A stretch of 64,000 nt of DNA, taken from positions 984,315 through 1,048,314 of the forward strand of contig JAQGDQ010000034.1 in NCBI GenBank assembly GCA_030141605.1, given 5' to 3'. The notes under the pieces were generated by a model, which saw only the letters and a program-made list of their open reading frames with translations, made no database searches and was not told the origin of the DNA. Of this stretch, positions 12,701 to 24,377 are shown one piece after another. The stretch's first letter is position 1; each line of letters starts with the position of its first letter. Both the position numbers and the translations under genes were made by a program. Source of the stretch: Tubiluchus corallicola. Lineage: Eukaryota > Animalia > Priapulida.

Positions 12701-15700
12701 TAGAACATTACAAAGTTTACACAATAAGCATTTACAGTCTATATACAACACCCACGAACATAAAAACGAATTACTTCGGTAAAGAGACGAGTAAAAATAA
12801 GCCAAGGAAAAACTAGTCAAATGTTTCATAAGATGCAGAGGAAAAGCTTAACCTGACAAACGTATCAATAATAACCAGTATCTAAAAATAGTTAGTTTTA
12901 ATACTTTATCCGGGATGAGAATGACAAATTGCAACTCTGAAACAGGCCGGGGGAGTTTTGGGGCAGAAGCCCCTTGGAGCCAGCAACAAATTGCAATTTT
13001 GTGACCATAGAGAGCCTCTAAATGGACTTAAAATATCAATTACCTTGTTTCATGCATAATTTAAAATACCCAACCATCTAGAATACATGGTACATATGAA
13101 TGCGAAACTTCAAAAAATTAACAAATTTTATTTTGTATATATTTTGTTGCCTATATTTCATAAATTATAAAATTAAACTTGGTTTTATTCAAATTACTCT
13201 TTGGTATTTCGATTGTTTGTGTCTGGAGGCCGAGGCTACGATTTCGATGAAAACGAGGTTCAACGCCGAAAATATTTCTCAACGAATTTACGTGATTTAC
13301 AAAAATGGCACTACTGGCCTTCCAAAAACTCGGAATTCCGCGTATCCGCGGAAAATTCTCATCCGTGACTTTATCTAGTTAAAATATTTGTAAAAACATT
13401 TAATTACTGTGCAATATTGTCCAGGAAAGAAAAATGAAGAAAGGAAAACTGTAAATCATGGATAATAAAACCCGTACCTGGAAAAAGCTCCTGTCGAGCA
13501 TCATGCTCTCTTCCAGGATCATCGAAGCCTCTGCTTTCAACTGGGAAACCAGTTTCTCTTCTAACCGGGAAAATTGGTCGCTGAGCTTTGATTCGATGAA
13601 CCTCATTGCAGGGCTGAAATTTGTCACAAGCATGTAATCAAAATGGTTGAGAATAACAGTATTAAACCAAAATTTATAATTCTTGTCATTTGTTTAGATC
13701 TTTTCATTTGAAAGATCTTAGTTAATAATAGCGTACACAATAATGTTTGCAAAAACAAGGGCTTAATCAATTTTTTCCTATGACAATCATGTTGTAACGC
13801 CATGTACAAGCAGCCCCAGTTAAATACAATTACATTAACATAAAAATTACAATTTTTTAAATCACCAATAGCTTTGTAATTTTAGAAAAACCAGCTATAA
13901 TGGTATCTTTATTATGTAAGTTATCATCATAGAAATTGTGTTTCAACATTATATTATTTACTTTAATAATATCCATTTAGTTTAGTCTGTAGAGTTATAT
14001 AAATAGTTATCTAATAATTGATAGTTATAGTTTATAGATAATAGTTGTTTCATAATTTTAAGCTGTTATTTTAAGCTAAATATTGCTGTTAAGGCTATCT
14101 GTTATATCAGAAAGAAACACATTACTACAAGTGCATATCTAAAGTAAAAAAAAGTTGCAGAGAAGTTTTGTGCCCTCAAAAATATATGAGATACCCAGTG
14201 TAAATCATTACCTGGATATACCAGCCGATGTTGGACATGACGAACTGTTGGAAACTGTGGAAATATCGAAAGTTTCACTTCGATTGTGAACTCCACTGAG
14301 CACAGTTATATCTGCAGTCGAATCACTGTTCTCTGGAGGGCTTGTTGTATCAGGCTCCAATGACTTGTCAATAATTTCTATCAAACAAAAACGATAAGAC
14401 AACAATTTAATATATTATAAAACTGAAGCGCATTATTTGACTTAATTTTGAAAACAAGACCAAATTTTAGCCACTAATATAAAATGACCTCACGAATAAA
14501 ATAATGATTAAGAAAATGTTACTTTTAAAATGACACATGTAGCAATTGTTAATGCAAATGTCTAATTTTCGTGGTTGTGTACTTTCAGCCATTCATTTTG
14601 GAACGGGCAAAAGTGTCATGTCTCAAAACTGAGTGGTGCAACAGTAGAACATGCCTAACTTGTGAACCGAGAGCAGTCTCACCAAATCACACATTAGCTA
14701 AGGCTGCCAATCCACCATTAAAAATCACATTCAAACTAACACTTCGAAGCTAACATTTTGAAATTCGAATTGAACAGAATTCTAACATTTTAAATTCAAA
14801 TTGAGTTGACAAACCTGTTGGTGTTTTTGAAGAGGAACACGATTCTAGTGTTTAATAAAAGATCTTAGTTAATAAAAGAGTACACAGTTTAGTTGCAAAA
14901 ATAAAGGGTTATTTGATTTTCATATCACAATTAAGTTTTAATGCCACATACAATCGCTAGAATATTTATGGTTAATTGACATCTGTTTCACCTTTAACAC
15001 AATGTTTTGTTAGGACGCATTAGGATCATTAAGTGAGATTCCCAGTACATTACATTATAATACACAAAATGAAACACGCGAATAAAATACCTGTTATGAA
15101 ATGGCTTACCCTGGTTGGCTCGAACAATATTCTTCACTTTCTCCACTTTCGTGCTGAATTTTAATGCCCTCAGTGTATCAAAATAGTTGCATTCCTCTGG
15201 CCCAACACAACTGATAATGCAAGAATAACTGTTTCCGCCTAAGGAATCCTGCACAAAAATTTTGGCATTTTAAGCCAGCAAATAATGTTGTCTTTTATGG
15301 ATTATAAATTTTTGAGATGCTCACATTTCTTCTTTAACACAATTATGTTGACCCAAGCAAATGCAGCTGAGATATTTTGAAGGAAATGAATTTATATCAG
15401 TATAACTATTATTTAATATAGATATTACGCTTAGTATAAAATGGTAAAGAAAGTATGTAAAAATAACTTCAGGCAAAACCAGAACCCAATCTGACTGTAA
15501 TTCAGAATAATCTGCTCTTTAAAATATTGAAGGGGCATACTATTTTTTCCAGAAAACCTTACTTGAAAGAATAATAACCGTACAAATCAATTTCACGTAT
15601 GCGCAGATAGCTATTACATTCATATCCATCTCAACATTCTCTAGTTAGACGGCTTCTAAAGCCTGCATTTCGAAAACGCATTGCACAAAAACATGACCTC

Positions 15701-18700
15701 GTGTTGTACCTTTCAGTTCAGATGCGCTAGTTTTAGTTTTTGATGAACTACAAACATTCGATAGCTCATGTGCGAGTGAGCGCATGAAATTTGAAATTTT
15801 ATCTTAAAACTTGCTGAATTTTATGATAACATACGAAATCTCTTACAGTAGCACTCTGTACTTCAATTTTCTCTTTCACAAACATGTGCAACACGCTTGT
15901 GGAATATTTTTGCTGTTGTAAATTATGTTCATTTGCGATGCCATCAATAGTTGGGCTCGCCCATTGTTAATTAAGATTTTAGTCTATTATATAAAATCAG
16001 AAATGCCTTTCCAGTATTATTGGTGTTAAAATGTATACTTTTTAGCGGACTTGAAAATGGGGTATTATACAAAAAATCATCCTGTCTTCCTTTAAGACTA
16101 AAGTATCCATAAAAATGCATTTACAATCACATACACAAAATTATACAGAAGAAGTAAAAATGAAATTAAAAATACGGTGCGTGAATAAAGTATTCTAAGT
16201 TGTGGTGTCTCAACCATGTTTTGCAGTCTTAATGTTGAATATGATGCTTCAATATTGTGAAACAGTTTTAACAATTTAATGAAGGTTATAGCCTCATAGA
16301 TTATTCATGTTGAAAAACGCTTTTTATTTACAAATTTTTTCAACTGTGCTTGTGTGCATAAGTTTTAAGTAATCTTAAATTCCATACCTGCAAGAGTCGA
16401 GTTAATTTACTGCTTCGGTATGGTACAGCAAAACTTCTGTGATTGAGAGCTTCAATTACTTGCCCTAAGTAGAACAATGATGTGTTTATGCTACCAGATT
16501 CTTTCAACCTACAAAAAATTAAATGAAATCTTTACTATCTATATATTAAAAAAAGTTACATGTTAAAAGCTTGCTGGAAATTTTACAGACTATACATTAA
16601 CGAATTATTTTTTTTGAGTTACATCATTTTTTAGTGTGAATATAAGTAATAATACTGTGATATTATAAGATTGATACTGACTGTGATAGTCACACGCAAA
16701 GCGATGTACTGTGTACAACCATTCGCCAGAAACTAGTTTAGTCAGACTGGTGAAGAAAATACCTGGCAAATGATTACCTTGCACAAATATCACAAAAAAT
16801 GGCTAGGCTCAAGTGGCTAAAGTTGTGGTTAACAATACTAAGAGAGAAGTGGCTTCGACAAATCACTACTTTGCGCATTTTGTGTATATCAACACTTTAA
16901 GAAAAAGCAGTGTCACAAAAATCATAAAGCATATTGTTTTGTATTTTGTTGTCAAGAAATGAAACTATTCCACAAATTTAAATGCTAGTCTAAATACCTG
17001 AGGCCAGCATTTCCCGTGCGACGATTGTCCTCACATCCGGCAAGGTCGACCAGGTACAACTTTCCTTGGCTCCGCATTCTTCCGTCCCCCTTGGTGACTT
17101 TCACAAGAACAATCACGTGGCTTCGGCTGGAATGCTCGTTGAGCAAGGTGGCCCCCACGTGGCTGTAAAACGTCAAGCGTGCATAATTCTATACGAAGAA
17201 ACATTGCTCGAGGCCATATAAGTGTCTTAAATATGCTGTGCATATACAATTTCCCATCAGTGAATCCATGCCAGCAATGACATGACTCAACTGAAAAGTG
17301 AAACTGCCCAGAAGGCATTTTTGTGACTGTCACACAAGCTAACACAACCTCCGTTACCAACTACACCCGACAGAATTTCAATCGCCAAGCACACATTGCA
17401 GCCGCACAGCTATTCCCTGACACTAAAAGTGAATACTTAATGGGATAATGTTCAACAATATCATACGTTTAAAATAGAAACACATAATCTTGCATATAAG
17501 ATTCAGTAATTCAGCATATTTATTAAACTATTTATATCTTTACCACAATGAATATACTACATTATTACGGCATTGCCTAACGTAAGAGGCAGCATAATAC
17601 TGCTTTCTTCAATCATTTCTTGGCATTTCTGAAAATTGTTATTATATTAACATACTGTTCCTATGCCCTTATTTTCAAATGTTTGAAAGCAAATGCTTGT
17701 TTTATGTATAAGGTTTCATGTATTATGTGTAAAACTGTTGAAAAGCTAATGTAGAACAAAACTGTGATGTCGGAATTTACCGCCTATCATTGGCTCGTAT
17801 GAAATGCTGGAGAAATTCCCCTGGTGAGGAAATTGTCTTTTCTTCCAGACGCGGGATGAGTATGTCTTTACTCGGTGTTTGACGAATCAGTAGGTCCGTA
17901 GCAGGCTTTGTTTTGCTCGTGTGTGAAAGAAGATCAATTACCTACAAACACAGAACATACTACAAGCAGATGTCAGCATTAAAAATATTAGCTTACAACT
18001 AATACTAGAAATTAAGTTAAAAATTTACAACCATAAAAGAAGCCATAATGCCCTTTAAATCTCAAAAAATCTTTGTTTTCCCCAGAAGTCTCTATCCCTC
18101 ACAGACCTCATCATCTATACAGAGAGATACATAATAATGTACAGATAAGTACAGTACAGGTAAAACTGCATATAAAATAATAATGTATCTACCTGTAATT
18201 TTTATTATTGCATCTCTCCGTACAGCTGATGAAGTCAGTGAAGGACGAAAGGTGAAAAATAAAGAAACGATTTTTGAGATTCAATGGGCACTTTGACTTC
18301 TTTTACAGTTATGACCAGGCCAATTCGCAGAACAGTACTACCTTATATTTGAAATTTAAGAAAATATTACACTACAGTCTACTACAAGAAAAAGAACTTT
18401 GTCATATTTACCTATTTAATGCTATGCAAATTGTGAAATCATTGTATATGAAGCAGAGAATGAAACAATTAACGACAAAAAAAAAATCGTAAAATATTAG
18501 ATGAACCAAACACTGGTACTTTTAGTAGGATGGTTGTTGGAATTACTAGTTCCCATTTATTTACATTATACATTATACGGTATTACGGTTCGCATTAAGC
18601 AATATTATTAAGTAAGTAAGTAAGTAAGTAAGCAAACAATTTATTGTCATTATAGCATAATACATACAATGAAATTTATGTGGTTTTACGTACTGCAGTA

Positions 18701-21700
18701 AGTTATTGAAACAACAGGGAGATTAACACAAATAATTCAATCAGTTGTACAGTGAGATAAAGAATTAATATTGGAGATTTACTGAAATTTACTGTTTATG
18801 GTGCGAATTGGGATAGAAAGAATTTAAAGCTCTTGTGGTTTTAGCGTTAATTGAGCGGTATCTACAACCAGAGCATTTCAAAATATTTACTACCTGAAAG
18901 AAATTCATCTTTCATTATAAGTTTCATACAAATATGCCATAGATTGCTGTTCAACTCCCATAATTTTTGAGATGAATTTCACAACTTGATTAAGAGCATT
19001 GCGATCTCCCTGCACGGTAGCGCCATACCTTACAGTGAGGGATGTTGCTAAGATGCTCTCAATTACTGCCCGATAAAAACTCTTCATCACAGCAGGGGCA
19101 ATGTTAAATAATTTGAGTTGTCTTAGAAAGTACTGTAGGTTGAAGAACTCACCTTTTCTTGGTATATCTCTAAATATGAGACTTTGACAGAATACACAGT
19201 ATCAGGATGTGCAAGTTTATCTGCCTCAATTAAATTGAACACAGTCTCAAGTGCTCGTGGAATGATACCAATGTTGTCTTCTGGACCCATCATTGTGTAG
19301 GTCTTACCTTGATGAAAAGTTAAAAACACGATTTCAAATGCATAATAATGGTTTCAACGCTCATACAGAAACTGCTTGCAAACACTGCAGTAAAACTATG
19401 AATATCTTATTTTCATAGGTTTTGAATTGATTTCTTGTGCAAAACTTGTCAGTGGTTAAGTCATTTCACCAAAAGATTTAAAACGCCTTCAAAAATTAGT
19501 AGGTGCTGGTTGACGGAAGTTAAAGGAAGACCGGACGATTGTTTAGACTCATTCTCATTTTAATTTACTGTCCAAAATATACGTTTTCTTGCCTGCAAAA
19601 GTTAACAATTGTTCCTTGTATTTGAATAATTAGCTTAGAAAGTTAATTAACGGCAAGCGAATAGAGCTATTGCTTACATCAGAAACTAACCACAGTTTGT
19701 ACAATGGCAGGCGTCTTCCCTTGCGCGTCAAGCGCATTTGCATAGGTGTTACAGTACTGCTTAAACGTGTGATGTCACGAAAAATGGGCTTTACTTCATA
19801 TGACGTTATGCAACTAACACTGCAGTTCATGGTCATGGTTATCACGGTACCACCTATTTGTCGACCACGCGCACATGACAAAAAGGCGCCATTGCCAATC
19901 TTAGTAGATTCACTGAGCCACGCGTAACTTTAAAAGTTTAATGAAATTTCAGTATCTGAGGTAATTATTATTAAATCTGTGCTTTGATTTAAAACAAGCT
20001 ACTGTAGTTTTCAATATTTTAGAGCATTCTTTATTCTGAACTCGTGTTTACACAATCATCCGGTTTTCCTTTTAAGAGAAAATAAAAGCTAATATGAATC
20101 TACGTTACTGATGAAATAGAGTAAAGCTTCCCTAACAGAGTATGTTCACAACAATGGCAGAATATTTACTTGTCAAACAATCTGATATATTCATTTCTAA
20201 ACAGCATTAGTGTATAATTGAAGACAAGGAAAAAATATATCCTGGCAAAGAATTTTTTTCAATATTACAAATGCTAGAAGCATTAAATGGCTAGTAGGAC
20301 TGCACCAAATACCAGCTATGTTAAATAAAATAATTCAAAATGAATCTCTACAAAAACAGTTGCACACAGAAAATGTCCAAAATTTCAAATGTGTAACTGA
20401 AAATGTCTAATTTTGAATGCCGGGATATGATAAAGACATGGAAGCCAGAAATAAGCCACAGGTGGTAAAAAACCAAAACTGCTGTTACGACTAGTGCAGA
20501 TGGGGCAGGCCTGACTAGATGTAAGGTAGTCACTGGAGATTCCTTGGCCGAGCAATAAGTTTACATAAAATTTTACTTTAAAGAGGGATCTGCCCACAAA
20601 CTCCAGATAGTGGCTTCGCAGCAAGGGTAGTCTACGGGGGGCGCTACCACTTCAAGAGGGTGTTGGTTCTTGTGGGATTCTGTATTAGCACTTATCGGTT
20701 AATCTAATTAAATACAACAGGACAATGACGCAACAATAATAATTATAGTATACTGTTATCACTTTTAATGACAAAATATTAGGCACGAAAATCAAACCGA
20801 CCAAATATGTCATTAAAGCACAATACATCAAAACAAAACATTGGCAAAAATATCAGAAACACGTTATTGGGCAAAATTGAAAGCAAAACTAAGTAATATC
20901 ACCAAAAATAAACAGTGTTCATAACTAACATATTATAATGTCTTGGTAATATTTCCATTGGATATAAGCTAAACTAGCCGTAGCAAACGTTCGTCTAAGG
21001 GCTTAACTTAACTACCGGCCACCCCTGGGGAAATGCTAGCAAGTTAATGCATTGAAAGTAGCATTCAGGGCTGTGACGTCACGTGTAAATTAGCAGGATC
21101 CATGAAACATTTCGTTGCTAAACTTCATACACAATTTCAATGTCTGGCATGACTTCAACTCGTGTAGGATCACGTCATATTGAACATTTTTCAATTGTGA
21201 AAACCATTAGTCCATCTGTACCCATGACACCCTGCATAGTAAGGCAAAGAATAAATCAACTTACAGATCGGGATCCCGTGAAATAGTCTGAAGCTCTAGA
21301 CACCTCTTGCTGGCCTCAAATAAACAAGAGAACTATCGTATCCTTCTCGTCTATCGCTCAACCGGTAGTCCTCCAGCCACCAGTGGTACTTGGGAGTCCA
21401 TTAACTGTGCAACATCCTCACCCATCAACATGACGGCAGCAATCAAAAGTAGTAAAATGGACAAACATTTTCGTTCGAAAGTTCAGCAAAACTGCAATTA
21501 CGAAAAGTCTGACCTATGTAATGTTTTCAGGTCCAATACCAAAGCTCAACTGTTTTCTACCTTGTACACCTGTATCGTGACGAGTTTTCTGGGTCACCTC
21601 TCCGCATTCACAAGTTGATCAGACGGCTTCATATCGCGCACAAAATTGAATGCTACAAACCAACCCGCAGAACTTAAATTCCTAAATCTTGGGTTTAAAG

Positions 21701-22918
21701 GGCAACTGAACCATTTTTTTAATACTTGTTTTCCGGTTTAGTTGATAATATGACAATAGCTTGGTTGTCATATTAATTATTATTATTGATAACACCATCA
21801 TTACATTATTTCTCATCAGACTTTCTGGGGTAAAATAAACAGTATGTTACAACTGCCATTTTGGATCATTCACCACTCAAAGTTCAAGACACCAGACAAG
21901 CACTAGCAACACAAATTAGAATTAAACAGCCGTGATTTTACCTGCGCCAGTTTGTCCGTATGCAAGCACACTAGCATTATATCCTTGTGTAACTAGGTTA
22001 ACCAATGGTTCCACCGCTTCATGATAAACTTGCTCTTGTTCAGTCTCGTCATTAAAAACCCGAGAAAACCTGTTTAAGTAAAAGCAGAATGACATCAGCT
22101 AGTATTTGACAGGAAAAAAAAGCAGACAGTTGCCCACATGGTAATCTACATACACTTAATACAGGCTAACAAAATAACTGTCTGGGTTTACAGCATTCTA
22201 ATCCTGCTAAAGTACAATCTTCTGCACAAAGTTTAGATGTTCAAGTATATTTTGATGCAGAAGAATCAATCTATTTTATCATTTTCATACGATTTCTAAT
22301 TTCAACGTTTTTTCAATCACAAAGTTTTACATTATTAACAAAACAACACTACATTTCTCCTCCTTATGCGTTTCTCTCCATTTCTCTTACCGTTTGATTA
22401 TTAAAGAAGAATGTGCTCAAAAATGAACAGTAAACAGCTTTAATTTAAGAAATTACAAAATGGTTAAATCTAAAGTTCATATTTGCACATTGCGTTTTCA
22501 ATGGATCTGGTCCATACCGATGACAGTATGGCTGATCTATAGGAATGTACTAGGCATGGAAGCATATATTGTTTTACTACAAACTATTTTGTAGACTTTC
22601 TGTTTTCTGCATTACAAATTTGCAGTAGCCATTAATACATGTATAGATTCAGGTCTTTGAACAATGAATTACAAGTTTTTTGTTCTTAGCTTGAAACAGT
22701 TTTGCAGTCACCGCCGTACGTGTGTGGGAGAAATTAAACAAATCTCTAGCAGAATGCTGCTTACAAATAAATGCGACTCACCAATACTTTGAGTTTTCAT
22801 GTTCATTTCTATGGTTTGTGATTTCCAAGCTATTATCATTGATGCTACTGATGCAGACTTTGTTTTCTTGCATTGGTGGTCGAATGCGCACAACCACTTT
22901 AACTGGCTCCTTCTCCAT
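4375..22918 (-). CDS. KIF22: Kinesin-10 family chromokinesin (Kid/KIF22-like), 17 coding exons, about 836 aa
   Basis: Exons in transcript order: 22918-22782, 22069-21942, 19307-19153, 17941-17781, 17162-16998, 16508-16388, 15248-15110, 14377-14212, 13613-13478, 12699-12559, 12164-12086, 11166-11017, 10150-10015, 8627-8436, 7185-7091, 6269-6034, 4548-4375; all GT-AG with matching phases. Motifs: [10 protein letters not shown]-loop [16 protein letters not shown], switch I NEHSSRSH, switch [15 protein letters not shown] (DNRRTGN is typical of KIF22), [18 protein letters not shown], and a C-terminal helix-hairpin-helix ([19 protein letters not shown]...[10 protein letters not shown]). Confidence 0.93.
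5454..5539. repeat. Perfect 86-bp palindrome centred on (AT)14
   Basis: agtctcttcaaaaatatatatattatgtc-(at)14-gacataatatatatatttttgaagagact. Confidence 0.9.
7720..8268 (+). mobile_element. GC-richer transposon remnant, possibly Helitron/Helentron-derived non-autonomous element
   Basis: GC step-up within a KIF22 intron; ends in GGCCCCTGGGCTAG (short hairpin plus CTAG); contains ctagatcgagacccttcatttgatata, reminiscent of DINE/HINE-type elements. Boundaries approximate. Confidence 0.3.
8318..8430. mobile_element. Truncated right end of the hAT MITE family also at 12911..13367
   Basis: About 110 bp highly similar to 13258..13366, ending in the TIR ATTCTCATCCCTA. Confidence 0.75.
8655..8960 (-). 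repeat. Tandem direct duplication (about 137 bp) of a LINE-like 3' end
   Basis: Two copies of atttatttatctctttataatactacaataaaacat...gaactagagaaaggatagcgaaaagac, each preceded on + by an (aattc)n-like tract, i.e. AATAAA plus a (GAATT)n tail on the - strand. Confidence 0.6.
9432..9772. mobile_element. hAT-like MITE
   Basis: TIR TAGGGGCGAGCA / TGCTCACCCCTA; 8-bp TSD ttgtatat / ttgtacat (1 mismatch); subterminal TTCGAA repeats. Confidence 0.8.
10233..10571. mobile_element. MITE of uncertain superfamily
   Basis: Inverted termini atatctctgtttgctggac / gtccggcaaactgagatat (17/19 match); TSD could be TA or ATAT. Confidence 0.65.
11463..11749 (-). mobile_element. tRNA-derived SINE with Meta-domain-like core and (TTA)n tail
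   Basis: Minus strand: A box TAGTCTAGTGG, B box AGTTCGAATC, then GTCATACCAAAGACTATAAAAATGGTACCTGCTGTTACCCTGCCTG (resembles, from memory, the MetaSINE central domain); 3' stem AATCGGC...GCCGACTT and TAAAGATTATTA(TTA)n tail. Confidence 0.8.
12911..13367. mobile_element. hAT-like MITE with perfect 8-bp TSD
   Basis: ACTTTATC-CGGGATGAGAAT ... ATTCTCATCCGTG-ACTTTATC (TSD at 12903-12910 and 13368-13375). Confidence 0.85.
15531..16091 (-). mobile_element. Kolobok-like MITE, family B (other copies 33478..34613, about 47800..48252, partial about 45935..46110)
   Basis: Ends ttga|AGGGGCATACTATTTTTT and AAAAAATCATCCTGTCTTCCT|ttaa; internal sequence is the diverged reverse complement of 33478..34613. TTAA target with AGG termini is typical of Kolobok. 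Confidence 0.65.
18608..19138 (-). mobile_element. 3' fragment of a Rex1/Babar-like LINE
   Basis: Minus-strand translation [39 protein letters not shown]...NALNQVVK, and after a frameshift [21 protein letters not shown], matching the C-terminus of Rex1-type ORF2; 3' end ATGACAATAAA followed by a (CTTA)n tail. Confidence 0.8.
19524..20070 (+). mobile_element. Kolobok-like MITE, family A (copy 1)
   Basis: ttaa|AGGAAGACCGGACGATTGTTTAGAC ... GTTTACACAATCATCCGGTTTTCCT|tttaa; full-length similar copy at 31608..32158. Confidence 0.8.
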
Positions 22919-23520
22919 TGAAATGAAGTTTACACTTAAAATACAAAATTGTCTGTAAAACTATACAATAATAAAGTTACTGAGTAAAAATTTTGATTTG
23001 CATCACACAGCAATATTATGTCATCTCTTAGGTCTGCTCAGTTATTGCAAATTTAGGCTCTAGTAGTAGTCTATTCAATAGTACATGGTGGATAGCTTGT
23101 ACTACCCTTTACCTAAATAATGACTAAATAAGTAAAATAGGCTAATATAAGGTAATTAATAGCTTTTTGTCCTATTTTCCAAATATTATTTTTGCAACTA
23201 AACCAAGGCATTGTCGTACGAGTTAAGAATCATATGCGAAATACTAATTATTTCTGCTATAAAGCCCTAATAAAAACAAGTGGCTGTTTTGATTCTTGTG
23301 AACCGCCCGAGTAAAAAGTTAATTACTAGTAATAAAGTAGTATTAGTAATAGTATTACTAAGCAAAATAGAAAAGGCTAGTAAATTACGCTCCCTAGTGA
23401 CTGTGCTAATTTCATGATATTTATGACTTACTTCAAGCTCTGCAATTCTTTAATTTTTGTACAAAAAGTTCACAAAGTGGCGAGTGCTATAAATGTAACC
23501 AGGTTCATTACATTCACATG

Positions 23521-23600
23521 TTTGCGAAATAAAGATTTTTTCGTGCTTTCAAATTTCCCGTTTCTTGTATAGTTTGAATACGTCAGCGACACGTGAGCCT
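23521..23600. promoter_or_regulatory. Candidate bidirectional promoter for KIF22 and RBM19
   Basis: Lies between the divergent ATGs (22918 and 25925). Minus-strand CGGGAAA-TTTGAA (23560-23548; E2F-like site abutting a CHR), second TTTGAA at 23573, ACGTCA at 23580, CACGTG at 23590. Plausible KIF22 5'UTR donor at 23431 and acceptor near 22953. Confidence 0.5.
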
Positions 23601-24307
23601 ATTTATTTCGTGTATGTTTTATTTACCAACACTTACCTTTCCTGTATTTTCATTAATTCGGATAATCTAATAATAATTATTGTAAAAATTATTATTATCA
23701 AAGTTAATAACAAGGATTAATTTTTGTCACTGTGGCAAAAAATTAACATGTAGTTGAAATGTTTTCAGTTCAGCAGCTTTATTAGAATTGTCATGTTTGT
23801 AATTATCTGGCTTTTAGAAAAGCTTGGCTAAATGTGTTACAGGATATTTGCTCCAAGACGGACAATTTTGATAATTGAGTAAGATTACTGCTCAACTCAG
23901 AAGATCATGAAGATGATATAAGAAGAGGAAAGAGCAGGCAATGTTAAATTTGGTTTTATTCAGAATTGTAACCAGCATAAACAAGGCACGACTCTTCAAT
24001 GCATTTATAACTAACCTTTTCATGTGCAATAATGGAATGTGGTGTTATAATTGCAAAACAAACAAAAATAGAAAAAAACATTATTTTAAACAGCAACAGC
24101 AAGGACAGTTATTTTTTGGTTTTGAATTTTAATGATTGCGTGGAGTGTCTTGATCTGACATTGTGTTAATAATGACAAGAAATGGTAGTCAAAAAGTTAA
24201 AATACACATTATAATTTTAGTCAAAGTTTTATCTCGTTTCTTGTTTTTTCCTTTACCACATTTCTTCTTTTTAATTTTCACCTGTTCCTACTCCTTTATC
24301 TTCAAAC

Positions 24308-24377
<70 letters not shown>
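24308..24377. repeat. (TTA)n microsatellite
   Basis: About 23 perfect TTA units. Confidence 0.95.

Noticed and set aside
21260-21690. GC-richer stretch with a 103-aa ORF in a KIF22 intron (nested gene or THAP-like remnant?)
   Set aside because: No recognisable motif in the frames examined and stops in the reverse frame I translated; probably decayed TE, cannot be supported.
22468-22537. Extra KIF22 exon between coding exons 1 and 2
   Set aside because: An acceptor-like site exists, but exon 22918-22782 already joins 22069 in phase, giving SKYWFSRVF, which fits the KIF22 motor without an insertion.
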